The notes beneath the pieces are model-generated. The model was not told the origin of the DNA, searched no databases, and saw only the letters and a list, made by a program, of their open reading frames with translations. The translations under genes and the position numbers were made by a program. 64,000 bases of DNA from Macrostomum lignano (taxonomy: Eukaryota). Positions within the stretch are counted from its first letter, which is position 1, and each line of letters opens with the position of its first letter. Below are positions 34,124 to 56,700 of the stretch, piece by piece. Where the stretch lies: assembly GCA_002269645.1 (NCBI GenBank), contig NIVC01000445.1, forward strand, positions 534,518 to 598,517, in the 5' to 3' direction.

Positions 34124-34520
34124 TAACAAAGCCAGCAAAATAATTGTGCTGAGAACTATATAAAAATCAGGTAACGCAAGAGTTGCGGCAGGGAAGTCCA
34201 TGGGTGGGCTAGCAGTAGTAAGAAATATTTCTACTCCCAAGAACACCTTAGCAACAGTATAAATAAAACTGGGGCAATAACACGCACTCAAGCGGGAAAT
34301 CGTTAGGGAAGGAAAAAAACAGAAAAAATAGGAGAAAGCTCTGCCCTGTTTTACATGTACAAGATTTTCACCACTGCAGCTAAGGTTTTTTCCACGAGTT
34401 TGTAAACCATGTGCTGCTTGCACTAAGCTTGCTCATAAGAATTGAATTGTTTAATTTGGCGAAGGAGGGGCGTATAGAGACCTGCCTCTATAGCTATGAA
34501 GGTATTTTGGTTGGTAAATT

Positions 34521-38162
<3,642 letters not shown>

Positions 38163-38889
38163 TTAATCTATTCCTATAAGAATAATATGAGCACTTGAGC
38201 ACTTCAAGGAACATTTGCAAAGATCCTAAAGCACTGAGGGTTCCGTAAAGACAAATGAAATAAAATCAAGTCCACCATATTGCGCCTGTGCGAACGCAAT
38301 CGCTACATAAACAGTAGGAACAAAGTAAATTTATTAAGAATTAAAAAAACACTTGATCTATAACAGTGAGACATGAGCCAGAACACTTAAGTTATTACAA
38401 TTAGCTACTGGTAAATCCAAATCTAAGTTTAGCAGAGAAAAACAAATAAAAGATGTTTAAAAATAAGACGTCATCTAAAAAATAAAATTAAAAATGCCAC
38501 GACAACAATGGTTAAAAAGCGACAACAGAAAATGCGCACAACATTCTACTAATAGTGGCACTAAGTAGTACTAGTACGTTTTCGCTGGGAAAATTTTATT
38601 GAGCATACATGAAACTCTGGTTGTTGCAAAGAAAGCTTTGCGACTACTACATTAACTAGAGATTCCAACTAAAAGAAGATGGCAATGCTTTGACAATAAT
38701 TCGAGTAGTTTGGTGGAATAGCAAACTTTTTCCTAATAAAACAAATCTATTTAGATCAAGAGGGGTTCTGTGCGAACAGGTAGACAGATTTTTGGACCAA
38801 ACTATATGATTTTTGTGTGCGTGACAATGCAGACGGATCACAGACACAGTTTTAGAGTTTAAAAAATATTTTATGCTTAGCATATGTTA

Positions 38890-40355
38890 TCTCATGACTC
38901 ATAAATCCGAACTCATCTGAGAATCTCATGACTCAAAAATCCGACTCATCTGAGAATCTCATGACTCATAAATCCGAACTCATCTGAGAATCTCATGACT
39001 CAGAAATCCGACTTATCTGAGAATCTCATGACTCAGAAATCCGAACTCATCTGAGAATCTCATGACTCATAAATCCGACTTATCTCAGAATCTCATGACT
39101 CATAAATCCGAACTCAGCTGAGAATCTCATGACTCATAAATCCGACTCATCTGAGAATCTCATGACTCAGAAATCCGACTCATCTCAGAATCTCATGACT
39201 CATAAATCCGAACTCAGCTGAGAATCTCATGACTCATAAATCCGACTTATCTCAGAATCTCATGACTCATAAATCCGAACTCAGCTGAGAATCTCATGAC
39301 TCAGAAATCCGACTCATCTGAGAATCTCATGACTCAAAAATCCAACTCATCTGAGATTCTCATGTCTCATAAATCCGACTCATCTGAGAATCTCATGACT
39401 CAGAAATCCGAACTCAGCTGAGAATCTCATGACTCAGATATCCGAACTCAGCTGAGAATCTCATGACTCATAAATCCGATTCATCTCAGAATCTCATGAC
39501 TCAGAAATCCGAACTCATCTGAGAATCTCATGACTCAGAAATCCGACTCATCTGAGAATCTCATGACTCGGAAATCCAAACTCAGCTGAGAATCTCATGA
39601 CTCAGAAATCCGAACTCATCTGAGAATCTCATGACTCATAAATCCGACTCATCTGAGAATCTCATGACTCATAAATCCGAACTCAGCTGAGAATCTCATG
39701 ACTCAGAAATCCGAACTCAGCTGAGAATCTCATGACTCAGAAATCCGAACTCATCTGAGAATCTCATGACTCAGAAATCCGAACTCAGCTGAGAATCTCA
39801 TGACTCATAAATCCGAACTCAGCTGAGAATCTCATGACTCAGATATCCGAACTCATCTGAGAATCTCATGACTCAGATATCCGAACTCAGCTGAGAATCT
39901 CATGACTCATAAATCCGAACTCAGCTGAGAATCTCATGACTCATAAATCCGAACTCAGCTGAGAATCTCATGACTCAGATATCCGAACTCAGCTGAGAAT
40001 CTCATGACTCAGATATCCGAACTCAGCTGAGAATCTCATGACTCATAAATCCGAACTCATCTGAGAATCTCATGACTATTTCCAAACTCATCTGAGAATC
40101 TCATGACTATTTCCAAACTCATCTGAGAATCTCATGACTCATAAATCCGACTCATCTGAGAATCTCATGACTCAGAAATCCGAACTCAGCTGAGAATCTC
40201 ATGACTCAGAAATCCGACTCATCTGAGAATCTCATGACTCAAAAATCCAACTCATCTGAGATTCTCATGTCTCATAAATCCGACTCATCTGAGAATCTCA
40301 TGACTCAGAAATCCGAACTCAGCTGAGAATCTCATGACTCAGAAATCCAAGCTCA
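38890..40355. repeat. 33/34-bp minisatellite (gagaatctcatgactcataaatccgaactcatct)n
   Basis: About 44 copies. Confidence 0.96.
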
Positions 40356-40430
40356 TCTGGAATTCTCACACTAGTGACTTGTGCAGCTGCCAAACTTAGT
40401 TTAAAAACTCAAACGGTCTAATAAGCATCA

Positions 40431-41296
40431 TCAGCTCTTGCTCTCACTGTGGCTCCGATGCTGGAATAGAAAATTATGAAATACTCTTTTGAAATCTCGC
40501 TTGACCAAGCAATGACTGCAGGAAAGTTAGAAAGACCTTTGTAATCTTCTTGGTACATTTATTTAAGATCCTATTGTCTTCTCCCCATCTCCCAGCCTCA
40601 CTCTTCATCTCCCAGCCTCACTCTTCATCTCCCAGCCTCACTCCTCATCTCTCAGCCTCACTCCCCATCTCCCAGCCTTACTCCTCATCTCTCAGTCTCA
40701 CTCCTGATCTCCAGCCTCACTCCTCATCTCCCAGCCTCACTCTTCATCTCCTAGTCTCACTCCTCATCTCCCAGGCTCACCTATCTCCCAGCCTCACTCC
40801 CTATCTCCCTGCCTCACTCCTCATCTCTCAGCCTCACTCCCCATCTTCCAGCCTCACTCCTTATCTTCCAAATGAAATTTGCATTTTATTTTCCCAGCCA
40901 GCCCTCAAAAACACAGTTTAGCTATTAATTTATCAACAACACAGCTAACTTACCCGGACAGGCGCAGACAACGCTGGCAATGCTGCAACACTAGAAGCAT
41001 CCTGCTGGAGCGATTGCTGGCGATGACGATCATGGCGGCTGTCACCATGCTGCTGCTGCTGAGGCAGACAGTCGGGCGCGTCGCCGCGTTGATCGTCGAC
41101 CGCTGCCGACGACAAGAAGACGTGCCGTGTTGAACGGGCGCCGCAGGCGCGGCACTCCTTCCGGATGCGGGCGGCCGGCATCGCCGAGCCGGTCATGCGG
41201 GTCTGGCAGCCGCGGCTGCGGCGCTGAGCTGCTGCTGCAGCTGCTGAACTCGAGACAGCAGCCTCGGCGGCGTCATCAGATGAGACAGACGACTGT
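40431..41296 (-). CDS. NMNAT: Probable extra 3' coding exons of a long NMNAT isoform: 40954..41296 plus a short terminal exon (40431..40460 or an acceptor near 40514)
   Basis: GC-rich open exon with acceptor cccag (41297-41298) whose phase 2 matches the donor GTGAGG at 43133; donor GTAAGT at 40953 (phase 0). The downstream acceptor ttttctattccag gives HRSHSESKS*. Confidence 0.55.
40580..40865. repeat. 20-bp degenerate minisatellite (cagcctcactcctcatctcc)n
   Basis: About 14 copies. Confidence 0.88.
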
Positions 41297-41734
41297 CTGG
41301 GATTTGTTGAATTTAGGGGTTACGGAGCTCGATAAGATACTTGCAAAATTAATTTTTTCAAGAATTTCTCAGGCTTTCTAAGAAATTTTGTAGAGGGGTT
41401 TCTTAGAAATCAAGGCATTTTTAAGAGATACCTTAGACAGATGCTAAATAATCTAAAACGATGCTATGACCTATAGATAAATTATTTTATGGCATGGAGA
41501 TTCCAGGAAATGTAAAAAAAAACCATGAAAATTCTAGGAAATCCATTGAGATTCTAACAATTTGGAGACATTCTAACTATTTGGAAAGTTTTTTAAAAAC
41601 TCTAGAAAGATTCTAAGAACTCCCTAGAGAGATTTAAAACAACTAAATGAGAATCCAAAGATATTTTAGGAAATATCGTAAAAAATCCATATTTCAGAAA
41701 AATCGGTGAGATTTTATGAAGTCTAAGAATTCTA

Positions 41735-42350
41735 GGAAAACCAAGGGGATTCCAGGAAAATCAAGGGGATTCTAGGAAACCAAGGAGATCCTAGGAAAAC
41801 AAGATTCTATGAAATCAAGGAGATTCTAGGAAATCAAGGAGATCCTAGGAAAACCAAGGGGATTCCAGGAAAATCAAGGGGATTCTAGGAAACCAAGGAG
41901 ATTCTAGGAAACCAAGATTCTATGAAATCAAGGAGATCCTAGGAAAACCAAGGAGATTCCAGGAATACCAAGGAGATTCCAGGAAAACCAAGGAGATTCC
42001 AGGAATACCAAGGAGATTCCAGGAAAACCAAGGAGATTCCAGGAAAACCAAGGGGATTCCAGGAAAACCAAGGAGATTCCAGGAAAACCAAGGGGATTCC
42101 AGGAAAACCAAAGGGATTCTAGGAAAACCAAGGACTTCTAGGAAAACCTAGGACATTCTAGGAAAACCAAGGACATTCTAGGAAAACCAAGGACATTCTA
42201 GGAAAACCTGGCACATTCTAGGAAAACCAAGGACATTCTAGGAAAACCAAGGAGATTCTAGGAAAAAGCAAGGAGATTCCAGGAAAAAAAACCAAGGGGA
42301 TTCTAGGAAAACCAAGGGGATTTTTAGGAAAATCTAGGGGATTTTAGGAA
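41735..42350. repeat. 20-bp minisatellite (aggaaaaccaaggagattcc)n
   Basis: 20-bp periodicity, exact at 41941-42120 and degenerate at the flanks. Confidence 0.92.
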
Positions 42351-42837
42351 AACCAAACAGACTTTAAAGAATTTCACGGATTAAAAAGAAAGAAATTTGT
42401 ATACAAGTTAAAAAAGTAGAACTTTGGACAAACTCTCAAGACAAGCCCCATCCCAGCTTCATCCTTCATCACATACAAAAATATGAAGGTCTGTAGATCC
42501 ACCCCGAGGCCATATTAGACCGTAGACTTTAAGCTACATGCATTACATCTTCGCAAAATCGCGCTGATTAAGTTCTGCTTGCAATATGCAGATTGTAATG
42601 TTAGTAGCATATACGAGTATCATCTCTACTAATCCAAAATTGCCTAGGCGTCTCTAGATCATAACTTCATTTTCCTGGCTCAAGGCTAAGCTAAGCATTA
42701 TCCATTACTTCTCCTCTCTCACACTTTCTATATTACTTAGTTTCTCTAGAGCATTCATGACAACTGCTCATTGGCCAAGCCGAACTTCTCAACTAACACT
42801 TTTTGCTGCTTTTTGGCAAAAGAAATAACTTTTTCTG

Positions 42838-43080
42838 GTCTGTCTCTTCACTGGTCTATCGGTCTGTCACTTCCCTAGTCTATCAGTCTGTCACTTCCCT
42901 AGTCTATCAGTCTGTCACTTCCCTAGTATATCAGTCTGTCACTTCCCTGGTCTATCAATCTGTCACTTCCCTAGTCTATCAGTCTGTCACTTCCCTAGTC
43001 TATCAGTCTATCACTTCCCTGGTCTATCAATCTGTCACTTCCCTAGTCTATCAATCTGTCACTTCCCTAGTCTATCAGCC
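42838..43080. repeat. 24-bp minisatellite (tcagtctgtcacttccctagtcta)n
   Basis: About 10 copies ending about 50 nt from the donor at 43133. Confidence 0.93.
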
Positions 43081-43129
43081 TAGCACGGTCCTGTGAAGTT
43101 TATTTCCATCTCAAAACGGCCTCAGCGCC

Positions 43130-48270
<5,141 letters not shown>

Positions 48271-49761
48271 TTATATAAATAGGCTTCTTTATACCTCAAT
48301 AAATATATAAAATTTTAATTATTTTTTAATTACTATATCCAGCTTAAGTTGCAAAACTACCTGCAGATATTAGCATTTTTAAAATCTAGATAAAACAATA
48401 TTTTTACTATTTTATATGTCAATGGCATCAAAGTTTCAAAAAGGTATATAGTCTCAAACTATAAAATTCAATAATAAATATGAATATCTTGTTAAATCTG
48501 CTTGAGTATAATAACATATCATCATTAGCCATAAATATAATTAAGGTTAAAAATTTAGAAACATGGTACTTGAATAAAAATCCTTTAGCAATAAATTTGC
48601 TCTTTTTGTGATTTAGAAATAGAATAGGTACATTTAGTATAGTGGATAAAAAGCTGCTTAAATCCCAAAAGAAAAACCAACTACGGCTTTATTATTCTTA
48701 TTCAACATGATTTTGAAGCAATGTACTATGTAGTTACTGTTCTTAGCATATCTTTTTAAATGATTGAATGATATTAGAACTTCGTTATCGTTTGTTCATT
48801 AGCTGAACTAATGAAGTCTGTAGATTTTTTTCATCATGTGAATTAAATTGAACATAACTAAAATACCACACAAAAATTAAATAATTTGTTAAACCCACGA
48901 TTTATAAAAATTTAAAAACATAATTTGCTTTTACCAAGTCCTAAGTCCTAAGTATACATAGCCTAGGCAAAGTACGGTATCACAGTATCGGAAATAAAGA
49001 TACAATTCTAGCGCTTAAAATGACATTCAGCCAATGGTTCTGCTAAATGGGAAAAGTTTCCAATATTTCCTTCTGACCTATCGTGTAATGTCTAAGGGCT
49101 AGGTTGTTTGTTTGTAGGGAGGGTAGCTCTAGATCTATCTATTTTATATATACTCGTAGACAGGTGGGCCGCAGAGGTGGCTTAAAACACGACTTCCAAC
49201 ATAAATTAAATCTGCGGCAAAATAATCATCAAGCAAGTTAGTGATTTCCTAGTTAAAGTAAATAACTGCAATAAGCTTTTTTTGTACTTTAAATCAGATT
49301 AATTTTTCCTGTTTCGTTTAGGAAAGGTAAATTAAAAAAAAATTTGTTTAATTAATAAACTTGCCTTCTTTGCAAACATTTAAAAAATCGTTAAAACATT
49401 TTTTTAACATCAATCGCATTTTATTTCGAACAGACCGTTTCATTTTTAGTATATTGAAAATACATTTAAAAATACATTACATTTTGTGTAATAGCATGGA
49501 TGGGTACATTATATATATGTCGTTATAATTTAATGTGCGCAATAAATAATGTTTTTTACTAATGTGAAGAGTGAAGTGCATGCATTCTTAAATTCATGAT
49601 GCTCAATGTAATCACGAATGTCTTTTAGAATACATTGAAGCTTAACAGTAAATTTTTTATGGCGGGTTTTAGCGCTGTCGCATTTTACTCAAGCGCGGCT
49701 TATTATTAATATGATGCGCGGCTTAAACGATGCACAGTTGCGGACAGAGCAAATTAGAAAA

Positions 49762-50331
49762 GGGTTGCTTTCACAAACCCGAAATTTCACAACCACTAAA
49801 TCACATACTTTCATAAACGCGAAAATTCACAACCGAACAATTCACAACCGCTATAAATATGTCATCTACTTTCACAACCGCGAAATTTTACAACCGCTAA
49901 TTTTTTGTAATCACTTTCATAAACGCGAAACTTAATTCATAAGCGCGAAACTTCACAAACGCGAAACTTCACAACCGCTAAATGTCATCTACTTTAACAA
50001 CTGCAAAACCGCTAAAAGACTGCCGTATATGAAAGTAAGTACAAAAATTTTAGCGGTTGTGAAGTTTTGCAGTTGTGAAAGTAGATATTGACATTTAGCG
50101 GTTGTGAAGTTTCGCGTTTATGAACTTTCGCGTTTATGAAAGTGATTACAAAAAATTAGCGGTTGTGAAGTTTCGCACTATGAAATTTTAGCGCTCGCTT
50201 ATGAAAGTAGGTGACTTAGCGGTTGTGAAGTTTTGAGGTTGAGAAGTTTCGAGGCTGTGAAGTTTCGCGTTTATGAAAGCAAGTGCTTTTAGCGCGATTA
50301 TGAAATTTCGCGTTTGTGAATTCACCCACCC
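49762..50331. mobile_element. Foldback/MITE-like non-autonomous DNA transposon
   Basis: Ends gggttgctttcacaaacccgaaatttca / tgaaatttcgcgtttgtgaattcacccaccc are inverted; internal ttcacaaccg(c) repeats on the left become gcggttgtgaa on the right; flanks TTAGAAAA (49754-49761) and GTAGAAAA (50332-50339) match 7/8. Confidence 0.7.
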
Positions 50332-50794
50332 GTAGAAAATATGTCTAACAAAATCATACAAAACGAGTAACTTTCTGTGCATAAATCTTTACTTGAAGTA
50401 GAACAGCATGAATGAGCCTGCATGGGCACATACACTGTAAAGCCCATTTATTCTCATACTTCATTGGCTTAGCTAGGATCTGGGTGGTCATTTTTTCTTA
50501 TTGGTTCCTGGGGGCAGTGCTTCAATGACTAAACTATTTCACCCACAAGACTTGAATTCGTGGCCCACGGACTCCAATAAAGAATAGGAAAAGAGACGAA
50601 CTCCGCCCAAAAAAGCCCACCAAACCCTCGGTACCCTATTGTTGAGTTGGGCCACCTCATTCTGTACTCCCGTTCGGCCACACCCGGCTTCTAAAGAAGT
50701 CCCTCACTTAAGGTTGAGCGCCTGCTAAAAACATCATCTCTAGATAGCAACTTGCAAGCTCAGCAGCATCTCCGGACAAATTAGCCACCAGAAG

Positions 50795-53700
50795 ATGGCG
50801 CCCAGCCGTTTAAAGCTGGACAAAATGTGGCGCATCTGGTACGCAGTGCTGGTAGTTCTGCTGCAAATATTCTTACTGTACTCGGCCGCCGTCCGCTATT
50901 CCGTTCACCGGGTTCAAGCGCTTCGCGAGTCCTGGGAGGCCGGCCCGATGAACTTCTGCCTGGCCGCGCTCATCACCTCGGCCTGCCTTCTGCTGCTGTT
51001 CATCTACGCCGCCTTCGCTCGCACCGGCAACTACGCCGAGGACGGCGTGTCGCTTGGCCGCGACCATCGGCACCTGAAGTCGGCCATAGCAGCCGTTGGC
51101 CAGGAGACCGGCTCGTCCGGCTCAACGACAGGCGCCTCATCCCCGGCCAGCCTGTCCGAGTTTGCCAGCCGGTTAAGGCGTCACTTCCTGCCGTTCACCT
51201 GCGTGCTACACCTGCTAATGTCCGGCTGCCTGCTGCTCTCTGTGCCAGTGCTGGACGCCTCCTGCCTGCTGCACGACAAGCTGCCAGCCGGTGAGTACTA
51301 ATTAGGTGACGAGGCTAGAAATTCACTGTTGCTCTCTGACAATTGCATGCCAATCAAATTTCAACTTCACGCTCAAAGGGAAGGCAAACAACGCAGGGGC
51401 TTACATGGTTTGTGATTTACAGTCCCACTATAATAGAAGCAAGGCAATTAAGTCGTATTGGCAATATCATTAACATTTGCTTTGCAGCTCTCAACATTTA
51501 GTGCGAGGAAGTTTCCTAAAATCATCTCGAGCCTATAAGTGAATGTTGCAGTGCTGTGTAGCTCGTGGTAAAAGATTTGACCCCAGAAACAGTGACCCAA
51601 GTGACCCCGAAACCTCGTTTAGCGGCAGTGCCAATCTGCCGCCCGTCTAGCTGTACGGATTAATTTTAAAGCTCCAATCGAAATCGCATGGTCAATACGC
51701 AGCAAAAATGTTGAAACGTTTCTGCTTAAGTCCGAAAGCACGAACTGCAAACAGACTGGGCACGCCAGCGTTTGTCCGTCTTTTGAATTTGAAGGATTAT
51801 AATACGATTTCTGCTAACTTCTATTCACTCTACAATACATGCTCAATAACGGCTTGGTCAGTTTTCGTTTTCTAGCTTAGTAGCTAAGTGCAGGTGAAGT
51901 GCAGGTGTACAAAATCTACTAAATGTAACTGCATCTACACCAACGATGCAGGCAGACCAGAAGCTGTGCATAGGAGATCGGGAATAAACAGAACGCAGAG
52001 AGGGACTTGATGGTTGGGAAATCTTGTCACCCTCGTACTTAGGTGGGAGAGAAAGAAAAAAGTCACCAGGGCGAGGTGAACTTGAAGGGTGGAGAATGGT
52101 TTTTTCCCAAAAATATTTTCCCAGGGACAGGAATTAGTGGCTTGCTTGTAATGGGGATTTGTATTCTGCAGGGGATCACCACTTCCCTCTGCCTGCCACC
52201 ATCCTCTTCAACAGTGGATCGAGACGAATCTCGGCGAAGCCAGTGACCTCAAGAAGCATCGCGCGCAGTGGGAGGTTAAGAGGTGCAGCTATAGGCCTCC
52301 CTTTGGTGGGATTTAATGACCCGATGGGAATTCAGCTCTTGTCTCCTGCCGGTTGGTTGTTGACTTAAAACACACGCGCGCACACAAGACCGACTGTCGT
52401 TCAAAAATTCCAGTTTTCTTTCATCTGGGGCTCCTTTAAAAAATTCATTTCCTGACATGTTAAAAAAAAGTTCTCGCTGCAATCTAGCTGAGCTAAAAGG
52501 CATTTAGTTTTACTGCTATGCCATTAAATATTCGGTGACCATTGAGAGCTGAGAATCTCACTCTGAGAAGGCCTGCAAACCAATTTAGTCAGAGGGTTCG
52601 TCACCCTCTTTGTCGAGAGGTGGTTTAGTTGCTATGGCCCCCCTTCGGCTACCAATAGCCATTCAACCAAGCATCAAGAGTGGAGAACCTGCAACAACAA
52701 AGGAGAGAATTCTCGCTCTGAGAATATAATGACGATTGCGTAACCCCCGCCACTCACCTGCAGAGACCCGAGAAACAATGTTTCGAGGCGAACATTAAAT
52801 TTAGAGAAATTCGAATTTAGCCATGTTGCCAAGAGCTCAGCTTGAGGCCATCATATTCGCTGTGCTCTCACGCAATTGGGTTGGATACAATTAGAAACTC
52901 AGGACTAGGAATTTGACAGTGAAGTCTGCTCTGGATGCTTGACGTCCCGTGAAAAATAGTGAAAAATTATCCTCTACTCTCCTCTCCTCTCTCCTCTTCC
53001 CTCCCCTCCTATTCATCACAAAACACAGGTCTATCATTCACCCAATACTGACGACCGATGGGATAAGGACTGAAAAGGACTATCGGATCAGCACACTCCG
53101 TCCTCTCTCAACGCCTCTCTCTCTCTCTCTTCTCTCTTCTCTCTTCTCTCTCCTCTCTTCTCTTCTCTCTCCTGTCTTCTCTTCTCTCTCCTCTCTTCTC
53201 TTCTCTCTTCTCTCTTCTCTTTTCTCTCCTGTCTTCTCTTCTCTCTCCTCTCTTCTCTTCTCTCTCCTCTCTTCTCTTTTCTCTCCTGTCTTCTCTTCTC
53301 TCTCCTGTCTTCTCTTCTCTCTCCTGTCTTCTCTTCTCTCTCCTGTCTTCTCTTCTCTCTCCTGTCTTCTCTTCTCTCTCCTGTCTTCTCTTCTCTCTCC
53401 TGTCTTCTCTTCTCTCTTCTCTCTTCTCTTTTCTCTCCTGTCTTCTCTTCTCTCTCCTGTCTTCTCTTCTCTCTTCTCTCTTCTCTTTTCTCTCCTGTCT
53501 TCTCTTCTCTCTCCTGTCTTCTCTTCTCTCTCCTCTCTTCTCTTCTCTCTCCTGTCTTCTCTTCTCTCTCCTGTCTTCTCTTCTCTCTTCTCTCTTCTCT
53601 TTTCTCTCCTGTCTTCTCTTCTCTCTTCTCTCTTCTCTTCTCTCTCCTGTCTTCTCTTCTCTCTCCTGTCTTCTCTTCTCTCTTCTCTCTTCTCTTTTCT

Positions 53701-56700
53701 CTCCTGTCTTCTCTTCTCTCTCCTCTCTTCTCTTCTCTCTCCTGTCTTCTCTTCTCTCTTCTCTCTTCTCTTCTCTCTCCTGTCTTCTCTTCTCTCTCCT
53801 GTCTTCTCTTCTCTCTCCTGTCTTCTCTTCTCTCTCCTGTCTTCTCTACTCTCCTCTCTCCTCTACTCTCCTCTCCTCTCTCCTCTTCTCTCCCCTCCTA
53901 TTCATCACTCCTCGCCTCTATTCTTCTTTATTCTTTCGTCTCTCCTTCCTCCTACCTCCCTCCCTTCTCTCTTCTCTATTCCTTCTCCTCTCTCCCCTCC
54001 TCTGGCCCGCAGTCATGCTCTAGTCCAGATTCTCTATCTGGCCCTTGAGGTAAAAACGTTTGGAGACCCCTGCTATACCGGTAAACCCTAAGATAAAACG
54101 AACAAAGAAAACGATGAAAGGGTTGGATCGAGTGAGGTCTGTCTAGGCCAAAATCCGTATGAACTGACATGACGATGTGACTGAGCCTGAGCTATTTGCT
54201 TTGCTCCCAGATTTCACCATTTAGTCTTCAACAAACGGACATGGTTTGCTCATATTTTCACCGTTGTCTTGAGGATACTTCATTATTGTTAATCAATGAC
54301 TAAATATTTTACGGGTTACATTTTAAATTATTATTATGTTTGTATACGTTTATTTTATTACTGTGTTTAATGCTTGTGCCTGTCGTTTTTTTCATAGACA
54401 CAATCTACCATTGTCAAACTCTCCAACCACAGACACAATCTACCATTGTCAAACTCTCCAACCACAGACACAATCTACCATTGTCAAACTCTCCAACCAC
54501 AGACACAATCCACCATTGTCAAACTCTCCAACCACAGACACAATCTACCATTGTCAAACTCCTCAACCACAGACACAATCCACCATTGTCAAACTCTCCA
54601 ACCACAGACACAATCCACCATTGTCAAACTCCTCAACCACAGACACAATCTACCATTGTCAAACTCTCCAACCACAGACACAATCCACCATTGTCAAACT
54701 CTCCAACCATAGACACAATCTACCATTGTCAAACTCTCCAACCATAGACACAATCTACCATTGTCAAACTCTCCAACCATAGACACAATCTACCATTGTC
54801 AAACTCTCCAACCATAGACACAATCTACCATTGTCAAACTCTCCAACCACAGACACAATCCACCATTGTCAAACTCTCCAACCATAGACACAATCTACCA
54901 TTGTCAAACTCTCCAACCATAGACACAATCTACCATTGTCAAACTCTCCAACCATAGACACAATCTACCATTGTCAAACTCTCCAACCACAGACACAATC
55001 CACCATTGTCAAACTCTCCAACCATAGACACAATCTACCATCGTCAAACTCCCAACCATAGACACAATCTACCATTGTCAAACTCTCCAACCACAGACAC
55101 AATCTACCATTGTCAAACTCTCCAACCACAGACACAATCTACCATTGTCAAACTCTCCAACCACAGACACAATCTACCATCGTCAAACTCTCCAACCACA
55201 GACACAATCTACCATTGTCAAACTCCCCCAACCATAGACACAATCTACCATTGTCAAACTCTCCAACCATAGACACAATCTACCATTGTCAAACTCTCCA
55301 ACCATAGACACAATCTACCATTGTCAAACTCCTCAACCACAGACACAATCTACCATTGTCAAACTCTCCAACCACAGACACAATCTACCATTGTCAAACT
55401 CCTCAACCACAGACACAATCTACCATTGTCAAACTCTCCAACCATAGACACAATCTACCATCGTCAAACTCCCAACCATAGACACAATCTACCATTGTCA
55501 AACTCCACAAGCGTTAAATGCAATCTACCATTTGGGTACGAGTAGATAAAAAGTTCCACGAATTCCCTCTGTTTACAAAAAATGCAAAGGTAAATGTTGA
55601 TGACTGGATGAAAAGAACAGTAGAAATGGTTATCAGTAGTTATAGTTTATGACCCTAACCAAGTCAGTACTTGACAGATTGCAACGGGCGGGATTGCTGT
55701 GCGCACAGTGCAAGAGAATTGGCCTGGATTGGACAGGTGAACTCCTCTCAAACAGGCCAGACCCAGACGACAAACCACTGCTGCTCCTTTGTAACACTGT
55801 CGCCTGCACGTAGTTAAGAAAAAAATACCCAAGAAAAAACAAATTGGCAGGGGAAGCGAAGGCCACGAGGGTTGGAAGAAATCTAATGAGTCTGATTTGG
55901 GTACAGAATTGACTAGCTCTCGGCAAGGCCCTGGATCCCAGACCCGAGCAGTCGGCACAAAAAACCTATGGAATTCAAAGTTTTGAAACTCTTTACTAAT
56001 AGAAGTTTCGAATAGTTTCTAATTCCCAATGAGTGAATTATCATAACGTATTTTCCAGCGGAGATATTTTTGTGTTTGCAAAGCCAAATTTGTGGAATTT
56101 CTAATTCTTAATAACTACGGGGTCAATCTAGGGAGATCCTGGGACCGATCTAGGGAGATCTTGGGACCAATCTAGGGAGATCTTGGGAACAATCTAGGGA
56201 GATCTTGGGACCAATCTAGAGAGATCTTGGGGAAGAATCTATTGAGACCTTGGGAAAAATCTATGGATATCTTGGGGAAGAATCTAGGGACATCTTCGGG
56301 AACAATCTATGGAAATATTCGGGAACAATCTATGGGCATATTGGGGAACAATCTATGGACATCTTGGGGAACAATCTAGGGAGATCTTGGGGAACAATCT
56401 AGGGAGATCTTGGGAACAATCTATGGAGACCTTGGAAAAGAATCTAGGGAGATCTTGGGACCAATCTAGGGAGATCTTGGGACCAATCTAGAGAGAGATC
56501 TTGGGAACAATCTATGGAGATCTTGGGGAAGAATCTAGGGAGATCTTGGGAACAATCTATGGACATCTTGGGAAAGAATCTAGGGACATCTTCGGGAACA
56601 ATCTATGGAAATATTCGGGAACAATCTATGGACATATTGGGGAACAATCTATAGACATCTTGGGGAACAATCTAGGGAGATCTTGGGAACAATCTATGGA

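Noticed and set aside
51560-52900. Possible mobile element in the tincar intron
   Set aside because: Moderately GC-rich unique sequence without identifiable termini, repeats or coding motifs.
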